A stretch of DNA of 62,181 nucleotides, counting the filler, from Callorhinchus milii (taxonomy: Eukaryota), in NCBI RefSeq assembly GCF_018977255.1. It is 2 parts of 2 records of this genome, joined end to end, with 100 filler letters (N's around TTAATTAATTAA, not from the genome) between each part and the next. Parts side by side here need not be neighbours in the genome. Positions count along the whole stretch, not along the records: positions 31,237 to 62,181 come from NW_024705622.1; 1 more part is not named here. One strand, 5' to 3'. The translations under genes and the position numbers were made by a program. The notes under the pieces were generated by a model. That model was not told the origin of the DNA, did no database searches, and was given only the letters and a program-made list of their open reading frames with translations. Shown in pieces: positions 35,114 to 48,950 of this stretch; the stretch's first letter is position 1; every line of letters starts with the position of its first letter.

Positions 35114-37083
35114 ATGGAATTTCCAACATTGTCCATGATAATATCGATTTACTATCCAATTCTTGCAGCATTTGGAATTCCGGGTAAGTTTATTTGAACA
35201 CTTGTCAACATTCCGTTTTTCGGATTCTAATATTGCCATGTGCAACTTGACATATGATGTTACGGTTGTTATTCTTGAGTTCTTGGGAAAGGGGACTTGT
35301 CTATTCTGAGAAGTGCCTTGGGCGGCGTATCAAACTACAGGTTATTATATTGAAGCAACATCCAACAATTTCAAATATTTCCTTGTGAAACCGATTTATG
35401 TAAAAGAGCATAGTTTGCTGATAATCCTATTTTAATCTTTCACATTCCTAATAAGTCCGAACAACAGGATGAAATGTTCCAAAGCACACTGATGGGCAAA
35501 TCTATGCATTCTACCTGATTCGATATACTACTACTAATAACAACGATTCTTGCATTTGTTACAGCGCCTTATCACGTCAAAGTGCTTCACAGAATATTCT
35601 CTGAAGAGAAATGACTATATATTTTGTGGGCGAAAGCCGGACAGCGAATTGTGCACAGCAGTGTTCCACATAAAGCCTTGGATTAAGTGACCAATTAAAA
35701 CAAATTAACGGTTCTTTACCCACACCCACCCAACCCACCCCACCTCCTTCCGCCGCCGCAAAAGCGATGTGATATTTGACTAACAGCCGGGTTCATTCTA
35801 TATACAAAAAACAGAGGCGGTTAGATTAATGGAAGTTGCCTTACTTTACACACTGCAGGGAAATGAACCCAGGTTCTCTCGCGTGAGAGGCAAGCGCTCT
35901 AACCATGATCCCACACGCTTGATCGAACAGATGATAACACTAGTCAACAAGTCGATTGTACATTCACACGCATAAACCATTGAGATATAATTGCTGGAAC
36001 AATTTACAAGGCAAAACCTGTCGAATATAATACGATGTTGCACTTCGAAACTAAAAATTTTGAATCAACAACTTATAGATTTATGTAGCACCTTCCACTC
36101 TCAAACTGCAGGCAGTAAAGAACTTCAACTTTGACAAATTATTTGTATAATTTCACTAATATCATTGTATCTCACAGGTAATATGCTGGCGATTGTGGTG
36201 CTGTCCAGAAGGAAGTGCGGCATTTCCAATTGCATTACTCACTACCTGGTGGCCCTGACGACGGCAGATCTCCTGGTTGTGCTGATCGATGTGCTGTTGA
36301 ACAAAACTATCAGCCATTATTTCCCATCGAGCTTCTTATCCTACACTCCAGTGTGCAGTGTTAGAGGTGTGCTGCTGACTGCAGCCGGACACGGTTCTGT
36401 TTGGTTCACTGTTGCTTTTACTTTCGATCGCTTTGTAGCCATTTGCTGTCAGAAGTTAAAACCAAAATATTGCACCGAGAGAATATCCAAAGTGGTTGTT
36501 GCAATTCTGTCTATTTTCAGTTGCTCAATGGGCACTCCCTGTTACTTTATGTTCGATCCTTACGTTACAGTTTACCAAATTCCGTGGTACTGCATCCTGA
36601 AAGAAAGTTTTTACACGTTGCTAACCTGGAAGGCATACGAAAGGTTGAACCGTGTGCTTGTTCCGCTGTTTGTTTTTATTTCAATTTGCCTGATCAACGC
36701 TCTGATTGCCAGGCACATCCTGGTCGCCAATAATGGTCCGCAGGAAGCTTCGACGTCAGGGAAACGCAAAGAATCCAATCGACGTGGAATTGGAAAAACG
36801 AAGGAAATCCATCATTTTACTCTTCACCATATCGGGCAGTTTTTNATTGTTTTGGATGATGTTTATTATACATTCTTTGATATGGCAACTCTCCAACTAC
36901 ACTTATGCAAAATCCTTTGTGAACGGTAATCAAACTATTGTCCAAGAAACCGCAATCATGCTTCAGAGGTTGAGTTACTGTACCAACGTTTGTGTCTATA
37001 TGTGTACACAGAACAAGTTCAGAGAAGAGCTGAGATATGTGATTCAATATCCATTTGTGGTGTGCTTGAAATTATTCACATAA
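35114..37083 (+). CDS. GPR139-like class A GPCR, copy A (exons 35114-35183, 36178-37083); one frameshift
   Basis: Exon 1 MEFPTLSMIISIYYPILAAFGIP with GTAAGT donor. Exon 2 GNMLAIVVLSRRKCG, ADLLVV, FTFDRFVAICC, RRKSIILLF, CTNVCVY. One extra base at ~36730-36734 and an N at 36845. Confidence 0.8.
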
Positions 37084-39499
37084 TGTATTCGAAATAATAA
37101 ATGAATAAATTTCCAAGTTTGTATGTAACATCTGGCAACACGTTACTGCAACTAAACTTTGTTCCCCCCCTTTCCCTTCAATCCCTGTTCCAGCTCTTTC
37201 AGTCTGGCTTCCATGCTGTCCACAGCAATGACACAACCCTTGTTAAAGTAAGCAGTGAGGCGGTCTCTGTCATTTACTATGTCTCCCTCTGACTCCTGGT
37301 CATCCTGAGTTATTGTTGCTTGTACCACCATGGACCATGCTATCCTCATCGACTACGCGTTGTGTTTTATCAAACTTTCGAGGATCGCTTCTCTGAGTTG
37401 CAATCGATTCTGTGGAGTGCTGCACCGTATTGTTTAGCGCGCTCGCCTCATTAACGGGAAACTAGGATCAAATCCCGGTAAGCGCGGTACTTTAGGAATG
37501 TTTCCTTATGCCACACATACTTTGTAAGTAGAGGTATATATGTATGCATATATGAGGATCGCTTTTCCGGGTTTAAAATATATTTTATAAATAATATTAA
37601 ATTCTTCACTCAATCCACGATTGTTTGTTTGTCAGTGCTGTGTGCAAATTGCTGCCACTTTTCATCATCATAATATATAGTCAATTCACTTTACAATTTA
37701 TTCAGTAAAACGCTTTGAGACATTTCAGAGACTTGATAAGTTGCTATTTCAAGTGCAAACATTAGTTTTATTAATGGCCCACTGCCTGCACGAGATCACT
37801 GCGAATGGTTTCTCCTCTGGTTGTCATTTGTTCATCTTTGGTGCACCTCATGTCTGTATCCCGAGACCCTCCTTCTTTCCATCAATAGAATTCCTCTCAA
37901 TGACACAAACTGGAGTAATGCAGGTTAATTCCACATGTATGTGGATTATACCTCATCTGCTATTCCACTCTAGGACAATGATTATTACAGCCCAGCTCAG
38001 AATGCTTCATCAGCTGCAACTGCAAGGCAGAACAGTAACTGGGGGGTAGAGAATCATTCCACTAAGCACCTGGTAACCTCGCCAGCCAAGGCCAGAAGTG
38101 CTAGGATGGCTCCAGCTGGACAAATAGAGCGAAATCTGTCCAAACAGCGATATCAATTATGTGGTGTAGTATGGTTAGACTCCGGCAGTTACACAACACA
38201 CTCTGGCGTCCGAAAGGCTGAGCTCTTGCCAACTTGCGAATAATATGTCTGGAACTCGTTAACAGGATGCTTCGCTCAAAATGTTATCTGGACGATTTCA
38301 ACAGACGAGAAAATGACACCAATCTCATAAGGATTCAAAATTAATGCGTTTCCCTATGTGGGAATATTGTGTTGCTCCTGTGCCTACGTATTGAACTCCT
38401 GCAGCACTTGCATTCTGTCTGTCACAATTACGTCCAATATCATCCACTTACACAAATACTTGACCACGATAGTCAATACCTCGCTTCATCATCTCTAAAA
38501 TCGCTCCCTCTGTCCTTCTATCTTGTTGTCCTCCCCTTTTGAATCGTACTTTCCTCTACAAGATTATGATCCTATCTATTTTCCATTTTTATTCTTTCCT
38601 CTCCGAAAATGTTCTGCATGCGCTCCTACAACCTGGCTTTCGCCTACAATAATAAGGCTTTCCTGGTGAAAATCACAAATGACATTCTCTCCATCTTTGA
38701 CCACGCTTCCCTCTGCCTCCTGATTCTCATCCATCTGTCTGACACTTTGGATAGCGTTGAATAGTAAATCCTTCTTGGAGGCTCACTTTCAAATTGCTGA
38801 TTGGGTACCATTCCAGTTGCATGATTTTCTCTCTCGTCTTACTTACCTACGTTGTCTCTCAGTCACTACCACTGCTCTCGCATCCGAGAAACAGCTGTCA
38901 CAACATACATACCAATATGGACATAGGGAGTACAAGTAACAGTGAAGGAGATTGTCAGCAGCTTCAAGGAGTAAAAGACAGATTGTTTCTTTTGGGCAGC
39001 GAAATGACAAATCAAATTTCATGAAAATAAATGTGAGACTATAATTTTGTAAGGAAGAATACGGCATCAACGCTCATGCTTTACAGTAACATGTTGAAAC
39101 GAGCGGAAGAACAAACGTTCTGGAGTTGGATAATGTCCATCAATCCATAAAGTTAGGAAACCAGGTAGACAAGTTTGCCAAAATCCTAGGAAACCTTATG
39201 TTTTATTAATAGGGCTATAAAATGTAAAATCAAAGTGTTTAAACACGTACATGAATCCTTAATTAACCACAGGTAAAATACTGAATCCATTGCCGATCAC
39301 CATATCAAGGCGATAAGTGGAGGTGCAGAAGAGAATTACAAAGTAAAACTACGGATACTTGGCCTGTGAGTGGCGACTATAGGAAACGCGACATGCTTCG
39401 ATGGAAAAAAAATGGGTTATATTATAATCTGACTGATGTCTTGAAAATGAAGATGGATTTTGATCTTATTTCATTTCATTCAATATATCACCTCAAAAT

Positions 39500-40575
39500 G
39501 TTTCTGCATCCAACGACGCTCTGTCACCTGCGATACAACCGAGGCCTCCATCCTTGGACCGCTCCTCATTATCACCTATATGCTCCCGCTTGGCTATGTC
39601 ATTTGCAGACCTGAGGTAAACTTCCGCATGTTTGTGCACACATATCTATTTCTCCTTCAGCTGCGACTCCAAGTCCGCCGATGTTCTCCCAGTTCGTATA
39701 GAGGACATCATGACCTGGAAGAGCGAAAACTTCCTACAACTCAATGTTGACATGATGGAAGCCATAATTGTTGGCTCCTGTCAACGTCTTCTGTCCTGCG
39801 GTTCTCACCTACTGAACCTTCTCGGCCTGTCACGCAAACCTTCTGAACCAATGCTCTACTTAGGCATCAGATTCAACCCCAGCTTTCCTTCCTTCCGAAC
39901 ATCCAAGACCGACTTCCCCCACCTCCGTCACATTACTTGCCTACCACCTTACCTTATCCCAGAAGCAACCAAAAAATTGGCAATGCGTTCATAAACTCCC
40001 ATCGTACTACTCAAATGCTATATTTGTAACTATTCCCAAGTGGATTTTAGGCAACGACGCCTGAGAAATGAGAGTGTCAAAAAGTTACGCGATCCAGCTG
40101 ATTCAAAAACGCCCGCACACTCACCCGCATTGAACTTCACATCCCCATCAGACTACTAATACACTTGTTCCCTATCGCCGAGCGTATCGATTTCAAAATG
40201 CTCACACTCGTATCCAAATCCTTTCATGCCCTCGCACCTCCATACATTACGGACGCACTTAAACCTCAAACCACAACCCGCAGCCTCTTCTCGAATGGTC
40301 CAGAATTCTGCATATCCCTCGTGCAATCCGATACTCCATTGCTGACCGTGCTTTCAGTCATAGGCCACAAAACTCTGGAATATTCTTCCTGTGTCACTCC
40401 GCCTTGCCGCTTCCTTCCCCATCTTCAGGTCGCTTCTAAACCCTTCCTGTACGGCTGAAACTACGCTACCCCAGGCTCCCCCATCTTACGCTCCGCTCGG
40501 CTCGGCATCGTTATTCTGCCACTGTGGGGCCCTCTTTGATGCCATCATGCGTGAGGACCGATTTATAAATTCTAG
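39500..40575 (+). mobile_element. Old L2 LINE RT/3' fragment
   Basis: Degenerate QxSILGPLL, ENFLQLN and PIAERIDFKML motifs. Confidence 0.7.
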
Positions 40576-42547
40576 TTGTGGTAGTCAGTGCAGCTTCATT
40601 TCACCGTTGTAGATTGTACAAATGAAAACAAGAGATTCTTGGATCATTGAGAATTGATATTAGTTGCACTAAACTGAGTTTTTTTTCAAACTGCGATAAA
40701 TATCGTTCATGTACAGCCTCGATCAGTGATAACACTCTCGACTCTGTGTCAGAAAGGTGTGGTTTCAAGCTCCACGTCAGTTCTTTTAAGTACATAGCCC
40801 AAGATGACACCCAAGTGAAGTGCTGGGGAGAAAGTAATGCAGCGCTTCACTCTCATAGAAAAAGGAAAACGCCATAACTGACAGAAGTCTTTTACTTTAG
40901 AATGGTCACAGCCATTCTGTGTATATGCTTCGGGAAGTTGGGCTACTGCTGGTATTACATAAGGTGCGGTAAAAACACGGACATTGACAAAATGACCTTG
41001 ACCCGGTTCAGAGAGGAGCTGGTCATCGCAGCACGGTATCCATTAAAGGTCGTTACTCAATTATTTACACAGGAAAGAAGGAAAGTGAAATATTTCGAAG
41101 CATGTTGGTCAGGATAGCAGGAGAGATAGTTGTTTACTTTTCGAATACTATCATAGATATATTAACGTCCACTTGACCACGCAAATGGATCTCAGTTTAA
41201 CGTCTCATCTGATGGCCACCTCCTCCAACGATATCGTGGTCCAGTTCACTGGTACGTCATCTTAGACTATTTGTGTCCAACGACCCTACATAGTGATTGA
41301 ACCCACACTGTCTGATTCAGGAAAGTAGTGCTACCAGTTGAATGAGAATGAAACACTAAGAATAGTTTTTACCTAATGTTCTACTGAAACAATTCCCAGA
41401 AGATGTACAGAATTGTGGAGGCATCTAAGTTCCTGTAGCTGAGTGGTTAGAACACTTTTCTCGCTATCAGGAAAACCCAGGTTAAATTAACTGGCAAGGC
41501 GAAACCTTTGGCATGTTTGCTTACGCCGCACGCCATTGTTTTGCAAGCAGGTGAAAACGTTTTCGCGGGTGGCATTGATGGGCTAAGGGGGTGATGAAAC
41601 TCTCCTTTTTGAAAAATGATAATAATTTGGTCATTCATTACATGAACATCGGATATTGTTGTATGTAAATGGCTTCGGCGTTCCAACCGCAAAATGTATA
41701 TTCAATTTACTTCTCTGTAAATTCTGCGAAGTGATTTGATTCGTGTCGTGTGATAAGGCGCTTTATTAAAGCAAGAATCATTAAATTATCATATCCTTCT
41801 GCGCCAATGCCAAAATTAGTGACAGAGAGCTGTTCATGCAGCTGCATAAATTTTATATAATAATAACATTTTTGATATATCGCATAATCACGTTATTGTG
41901 GTGTCTCATACAGCTTCGAGCCATTACACAGGGATGATCCGAGGAGCTCAGAACAGTGGCAGAATTTGACCACTGTTAGTAGCATTATTGTAGTTAATAT
42001 TATGTCTTTTTCCAGTTTTGTATTTCAGATTGTAGTTCTTGTGCAGCTAATTTAGTTCAAAGAAAGATGATTTGTTTAGTTTACTTTCCGTGATGGGAAA
42101 CTGACTCACAAGTGTTTTAAATTAGTTGGCGCTTGGGTATGTGATAAAGGGTCCACATTATATTTGATTAGGGTACTTATCAACTTAGCAGCTCAAATGG
42201 TTACATTTGTAAAAAGAAAAGCAGTAAACGTTTGCGCATTGCAGTCACTTCTCAGAGACGACAAATTTTTAAATATCTACGGAAAAAATCTAATGTAAAA
42301 TCATTATTGTTGTTTTTGTTATTTTCATGTGCGGTTACACTGATTCAAACATTATAAGTCGCAGATTACCTACCACTAATTTAATTGGTTAGCAGATTGT
42401 CACTAATTGCAGCTTGTGAGACCTGCACATCTCACGGGGAATTCCTGAAGCAGTTTAAATAAAGTTCTTTTCAGCCGTCTGACTGAGACACTTTTCATTG
42501 GAACCCTACCGGCCAGCGCCAGCACTTGTTACTGCTTCTCACAGAAA

Positions 42548-44690
42548 ATTCATCGACAGGAATTTGTTCTTCCAATAGCTCACATTTACTATCCCATTCT
42601 CGCAGCCCGTCATGTCCCCAGTAAGTGGTTACAACCGAGCAACGTTGAGCTAATCATGTAGCGATTCTCGTCACGTAGCACATGCATACATTGATGATGC
42701 AGTGCTTCCGGTCCAAACTGCCTGGCTCAGTTGGTAGTGGTGGGGGTAAACTCAGATGTAGAAAGCTGCAATCATTCTGAGGAGATGTTAGCCCGAACTC
42801 ACAAATTGCCTGGTCAAGTGAACATCAAATCTCACCTGATGTGACACCTTGTGTCACAGCCAAAACCGCTCAAATAGTATCGGTTATCTGGAGAGAGAAG
42901 CCTTTTATATTTTTGATTATGGCCGTAGAAACTTTAATCTCCAAGGTAACATGCAGTTCACTTGTGCCAATGAAATCAAAACGAGGTATCAACCTGATTC
43001 AACTTGTCACAATCGCACATGTATTTCAGAAAGATGAGGGTTCAACCCCAACTCAGGACTTGGAACTAAACGGCTGACACTACACAAAGCAGTCAATGGA
43101 CTCCAGAGCTGAAGATGAACGTCATCCAATGATACAGTAAACTGACTCCCCCCATCACCAATGCGATATTCAGATGGACATTGCAGATATATTGCATGGA
43201 TCATCCTCTGTGTTTACACATTACTGTACGCAGGAAGTTGGAGGTTTCAGCAGAAGGACCGAGGAAAGCTGATGGAGACGGAGATGCTACCAGGGCGGAC
43301 AAATCATGGCAGTTGGGAGAGATTTGGCCTTTGTTCACTGTAAAAGAATGTTCAAGTGGGGGGGGGGGGGGGGTGGTTTCAACTTATAAAAGGATTAATG
43401 AGGATAGCGCAAAGAGTCTGTTGCCGTTGGATGGGGAGTGCATCAACAAGAGAACACAAGAATGACACGGTGACTTCAAAGGGATTATGTGAGAATGGAG
43501 GAGAGTGAGGGATGACGCCGTAGAAAGGGATTAAAGTGGAGCAGAACGACTTGCACAGAACTTTTGGCCCGAGTTGTCTGTTTCTGTACTGTTCAGCCTT
43601 TTGTAAGTCTTTGTAAAGAACTTGTGAAAGTCCAAGGACTTTGAAGCCTAATCCTGCCTGATTTTGTTGAGGAGTAAATTATAGCAAACTTACGATTCAT
43701 CCTTCTACTTCTAATTCCATTTGTTTTGTACAGTAACTTCCTAAATATCAATATACATCGTTTCTCAACACTCAAGTTGCATTGTCAAACCTGTATTCTC
43801 TCTTTCTCTTCCAGTAAACCAAGTGGCCATCGTGATTCTGTACAGAGGAAAGTGCGGTCTCTTGAAATGCATCAGTCGCTACCTGTTGGCCATGGCAGCG
43901 GCAGATCTGATGGTGGTGATATTTGACGTGATATGTTACCGCTCTGGTTACCATTACTTGGCCACTACGGTGCTCAATATCACCCTGGTTTGCCGCGTCA
44001 ATATAGTCCTCGTTCAGCTCTCCACAGATTCCTCTGTGTGGTTCACAGTCGCTTTCACCTTCGATCGCTTCACAGCCATTAGTTGCCAAAAGCCAAAGGC
44101 AATGTTTTGTACTGAACAAACCGCGGTCAAGGTGATCGGTTCATTCTTTACTATAAACTGTTTGACGAACATTGGGCTTTATTTTGCATTCGGTCCACGC
44201 TACGTTATTAACAACGTCTCTTTGGGCTGTGTCCACATTCAGAGCGTCAATTTATTGCAAGGATGGCAATTATATGCCTACTTTATATGTATTTGGAAAC
44301 CTTTGCTGCCATTCCTATTTATTCCGCGCTTGAATGCCCTGACGGTCAGACACATTCTGGTGAGCAGCAAAGGCCGTCTAAGACTCCGGGCTGGCAATCA
44401 TGACTTGAAACGTAAGGATACTGAGATGGAGAGTCGCAGGAAGTCCATTATTTTACTAGTCGCTGTTTCAGGCAGTTTTATTATCCTCTAGATGACTTAC
44501 TTGGTCAATGGCATGTACGGCCATTGGCTACTATCCGCTCTTCAACAGACAAGAAGTGTGTATTACGCTCCAGCTTTTCAGCTGCGGTACAAACACGTGC
44601 ATTTATGTGGTGAGCCAGAGGAAGTTCAGAGAAGAGCTCAGAAATCGTGTGCTTTTCCCATTCGCTCAATTTCTAAAAGTATTAGCCTAA
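42548..44690 (+). pseudogene. GPR139-like GPCR, copy B (exons ~42548-42620, 43815-44690)
   Basis: Exon 1 ...IAHIYYPILAA with GTAAGT donor but ATT where ATG is expected. Exon 2 YLLAMAAADL, FTFDRFTAISC, RRKSIILL. In-frame TAG at 44489-44491 replaces the TM6 Trp, and a further frameshift precedes TNTCIY. Confidence 0.85.
43230..43595 (+). mobile_element. CR1-like LINE 3' fragment in the intron of GPCR B
   Basis: Degenerate ...ERFGLCSL...YK..R.D..LLP pattern and a CR1-like tail. Similar debris lies at ~32920-33120 and ~39150-39470. Confidence 0.45.
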
Positions 44691-45848
44691 GTAAAGCGTT
44701 CAAATACATATGTGGTGGTCTGACATTGATCATTGATCCATTGACTGTGATTCGCAATGGTCGCGCTGCGCTCGATTAAGCTAACATTCAAAGTAATCTT
44801 TGCATTTGATTCAGTGCCACATCATTTCTTCGAGATATCTCAAATACGCTCAAATCGTAATGAGATTTGACGATATATTTTATGGGTGAAACACGGCAGC
44901 CAATTGTGCAAAGCAGATTCCACAAACAATCCAGTGACCATCTCTTATATGAACTTTTTTTTATTCAAGGAATCATTACTCTCGGAAATGCGATACGCCC
45001 GACCAAAAAGCGATTTCCTACTTTCTAATAGGTGTGCGTGGCGTAAGGAAATTTATCTAAGGTTACATCCCCCCTGGGCATCGAACCCAGATAATCTCGC
45101 GGATGTAGCGAGTATTTGAACCATAGCACCACAAGACTCTTCAACACCCGCGAAGCTCAGTTCAGGAATGTGCTGGAAAGATTCCGAACAATTTGGTCCA
45201 GTAATGTTCGCCAAATTTGTGAGGCAATTCAATCTTCTCTGTAAACCTGATTCTTTTTTCTGTCATTTAGGGAATTTTTTTGCCGGAGTGGATGTTCTGA
45301 CACATGCTCGAGTCTATTATATGTCTGCAATCCGCACTGAGAATTATGATATCGTAGATACTTTGCAAAACGCTTCCCAGAATATAATGTAAACGTGAAT
45401 TGACTTTGTATGTTTTCGGCCAAACGCGGCTGGCAATTATACACAGCACTGTCGCACAAACAATCATGGATTGAAAGACCACATTATGATTTATAATATA
45501 ATAGTAATTCATGCGTTTGATATAGCGCTTCTCACTTCTTCTCGACAACTCAAAGCGCTTCACAGAATAGACTGTATAGTGAGTTGACTGTATAATGGTG
45601 GCTGAGGCGCAGCAGCCAATTGCGCTCCGCCGTGTCCCGCATACAGTCGTGGAGTGAAAATGACCAATTTATTATTGTTTTATTTCGGAGGGATTCTTAT
45701 GAGGCGTGTGGAGTAAGGAAACTTAACCAAGGTTTCGCCATGCCGGGAATTGAACACAGGTGTCTCGCTTGCAAGACGAGTGCTCTAACCACTGAGCTAC
45801 AGGACTCCAAATTTACATAGGTATACAATTCAAATACAATAATGTTAT

Positions 45849-46289
45849 CTGCTGCCGCTCCCCGAGCCAGTCGGGGAGCGGCAGCAGGACAGCGCGGGGA
45901 GGAGCCTGGGCCTACTGACCCAGGTACTTAAACTCGACGCCGGAGCGAGTGCAGCCAGTCGGGGAGCGGCAGCAGGACAGCGCGGGGAGGAGCCTGGGCC
46001 TACTGACCCAGGTACTTAAACTCGACGCCGGAGCGAGTGCAGCCAGTCGGGGAGCGGCAGCAGGACAGCGCGGGGAGGAGCCTGGGCCTACTGACCCAGG
46101 TACTTAAACTCGACGCCGGAGCGAGTGCAGCCAGTCGGGGAGCGGCAGCAGGACAGCGCGGGGAGGAGCCTGGGCCTACTGACCCAGGTACTTAAACTCG
46201 ACGCCGGAGCGAGTGCAGCTAGGCAGGGGGAGGGGACGGAGCGGGGAACTGCGACGTCATAGATTAGTTTTCAGGTGAGTGCGCGCGCA

Positions 46290-46330
<41 letters not shown>

Positions 46331-48056
46331 CAAATCCCCCCCCCCCCCCCCCCAGGGCTCACATCAGAGCCCACTATGGTCCTGTTGGGTTCGATGCCCC
46401 AATCTGCGGGATAATGCCATCCACCTGACCGCTCGCTCCCGGTCCCCGCGTGCGCACTATGGCTGCCGCTTTGACCCGAGCCCCCTCACCCCTCCCTCCC
46501 GCCCCCCTCCTCTCTCCCCCCAAACCCTCCCCCCTCTGCATCTCTCCCGCTCTCTCCTCCTCTCTCTCCGTCCCTCTCGTCTTCTATCCCCACTTGACCC
46601 TCCCACAACCTCCCTCTGTTCCAGTCTGGGAATCCTCCGCCGGGCTCACCGCGGCACTCGGCGTTGGCTGTCCAGCAGCAGCCACACCGACTGCCCCATT
46701 CCCCACCACTCTCGCCAGCCACCCCGGACACAGACCCGGGGAGTCAACCTCTCCTCCCTCATCCCCATCTCCCCCACCCCTGCCTCACAACCTGGACCCC
46801 CCTCCCCTCCCACACACCCTTCTGTCAACCGCTCCCTCCACATCGGACTGCAAAATGTCCGCTCCCTCTGCAACAAGGCCCTGGTCATCAACGATCTCAT
46901 CCTTGATGAGAACGTTGATATCATGGCCTTGACAGAAACGTGGCTCACCCCAGGCGACACCTTCCCCCTCACGGAGGCCACGCCACCCGGCTACACCTCC
47001 CACCACATCCCCCGCCCCAACCGCCGTGGCGGTGGTGTTGCCCTTATCTCAAGGACACCACTTGCCCTATCCCCCTACTCCACTGGCTCTTTCCCCTCCT
47101 TCGAGCACCTCACCCTCTCCCACCCCTCATTCCTCTCCCTTAAAATCCTCCTCCTCTACCGGCCCCCTAAAACCTCTCCCACCTTCATCTCTGACATTTC
47201 AACACTCCTCACATCTCTTTGCCTCTGCTCCGATCGCCTCATCATCCTGGGCGACTTTAACCTACACTTCACCCCCTCCTGCTCCATCTCCACAGACTTC
47301 TCTTCCCTGCTCTCCTCACTCAACCTTTCCCTACACATAAACTCCCCCACTCACAGTCACGGCCACCCACTCGATTTGGTGATCACCCGGGGCCTCAGTG
47401 TCTCGGATGTCACTATTACCGACAAGGCCATCTCCGACCACTACTTCATCTCCTTCACCACCTCCACCCCCCTCCCCACCTCCACCAGACCCACCACCAT
47501 CTTCTACCGCCCTTGGAAGAAGTTACCCCCACAATCCCTAACCGATGCCTTGGAGTCCTCTGAACTCCTCTCCCTCTGGCCTTCAACCCTCACCGACCCC
47601 TCTTCTCCTCTCTCCCTCCTCCACAATATCCTCTCCTCCACACTCGATACTCTTGCCCCCATCACTTCCCGCACTGTCTCCTACTCCCGCTCCTCCCCCT
47701 GGTACACCACCCACCTCCGCTCACTGAAATGCCAGGTGCGGGCTGCTGAGCGCACCTTTGTCAAATCCGGCTTAACGGTCCACCGACAAATCTGGCTGGA
47801 CCTCCTCAAAATTTACCGCTCCACTCTAGCCTCGGCCAAGTCGTCCTTCTACTCCAGGATAATCCTGGAGGCGAAGAACAACCCCAGGCTACTGTTTTCC
47901 ACCACATCCCGACTCCTCCGTCCCCCCCGCCACCCCGCGCAGGTCATCTCCTCCAACCTTCACTGCGAGGAGATGCTGGATTTCCTTGAATCCAAGATCA
48001 AGGGAATCCGCTCCGCGGTCACTTCCCCTCCAACTTCCACCCACCACCATTACTGA
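45849..48056 (+). mobile_element. Young L2-clade LINE 5' half with an open APE endonuclease frame and no RT
   Basis: Frame 46275-48056 is open: LQNVRSL, LTETWL, RGGGVAL, LYRPP, LGDFN, HGHPLDLV, ISDH, SPWYT, NPRLLF. It stops before the RT domain. Confidence 0.9.
45866..46217 (+). promoter_or_regulatory. Four identical 88-bp GC-rich monomers at the 5' end of an L2 element (putative promoter array)
   Basis: Units start at 45866, 45954, 46042 and 46130. Each contains GGGGAGGAGC, a CCTGGG/CCCAGG hairpin and TACTTAAA. The promoter role is inferred. Confidence 0.6.
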
Positions 48057-48399
48057 CCTTTCGATCGTTCCTTTGATTGCCCTCCAGCATCTCTGCCTTC
48101 CGTCACCACTCCCCAACACCTCCCCCAAGCTCGCTTCCTAACCCCAGAATGGCCAGCGCCTTGGGACATCCTCCCGAGAATGGAGCTTAATAAATATAGT
48201 TTTGTTGTTGTTGTTTATGATGCTCATGGAATGTATGGGATGATAGTTGATCCAAAATTTGGATTGATACATTCTCCGATAAAATTCAGTTGTTTCGGTT
48301 ATTAGCTTCGTTAAAATATGTAGGATTCTGCAGTACAAGAGTACAACAACAATATCAACAAAACGGTGCTCGAAAACGACCGGACTTAAACTAGGCAAC

Positions 48400-48950
48400 G
48401 GAGGAAGCGAGGCGAAGGGACTGTGGGATGGAATTCCCTTGTGTTGGGGAAGAGTAGCTGAAAGCCCGGCAATCGGTGGTAATGCTGGAGAGAGACATCG
48501 AGCAGGTGAGCGCACGCTGAATGCAGGGAGCGGCAGGTTCGTAGGGAGTCATCGGGTCAGAGATTCAGGAGGCGGCAAGGGCATGGATGGACTTAAAATA
48601 GACGACAAGATCTTGAAGTGGATCCTTCGAGGGATTGGTAGCCAGTGGAGTCAGGAGATGGTGGGAGTGATGGGGTCACCGAGCCTGGTGCGCCAGAGTA
48701 CAAGAGCTTCGGAGTTTGGCTTATTTTCTGTTTCTGAAGGAAAGTATTGGGAAGGCCTATGAGGATGGAGTTTCCGTAATCGAGGCTTCATGTAACGAAT
48801 GCATGGATAACGGTTTCGGCAGCCTGAGAGTTGGGGCAGTGGCGGAGTCGGACAATGTTGTGGAGGTGGTGGTAGGCAGTACCGGTCGTTGCGCGGATGT
48901 GAGGGAGAAAGAACAATTCAGAGACAAACAAGACACCCAGTTACCTTACT
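48400..48950 (-). mobile_element. Old L2 3' fragment
   Basis: Reverse strand resembles the L2 C-terminus (HWLPIP.RIHFKIL). Confidence 0.65.
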
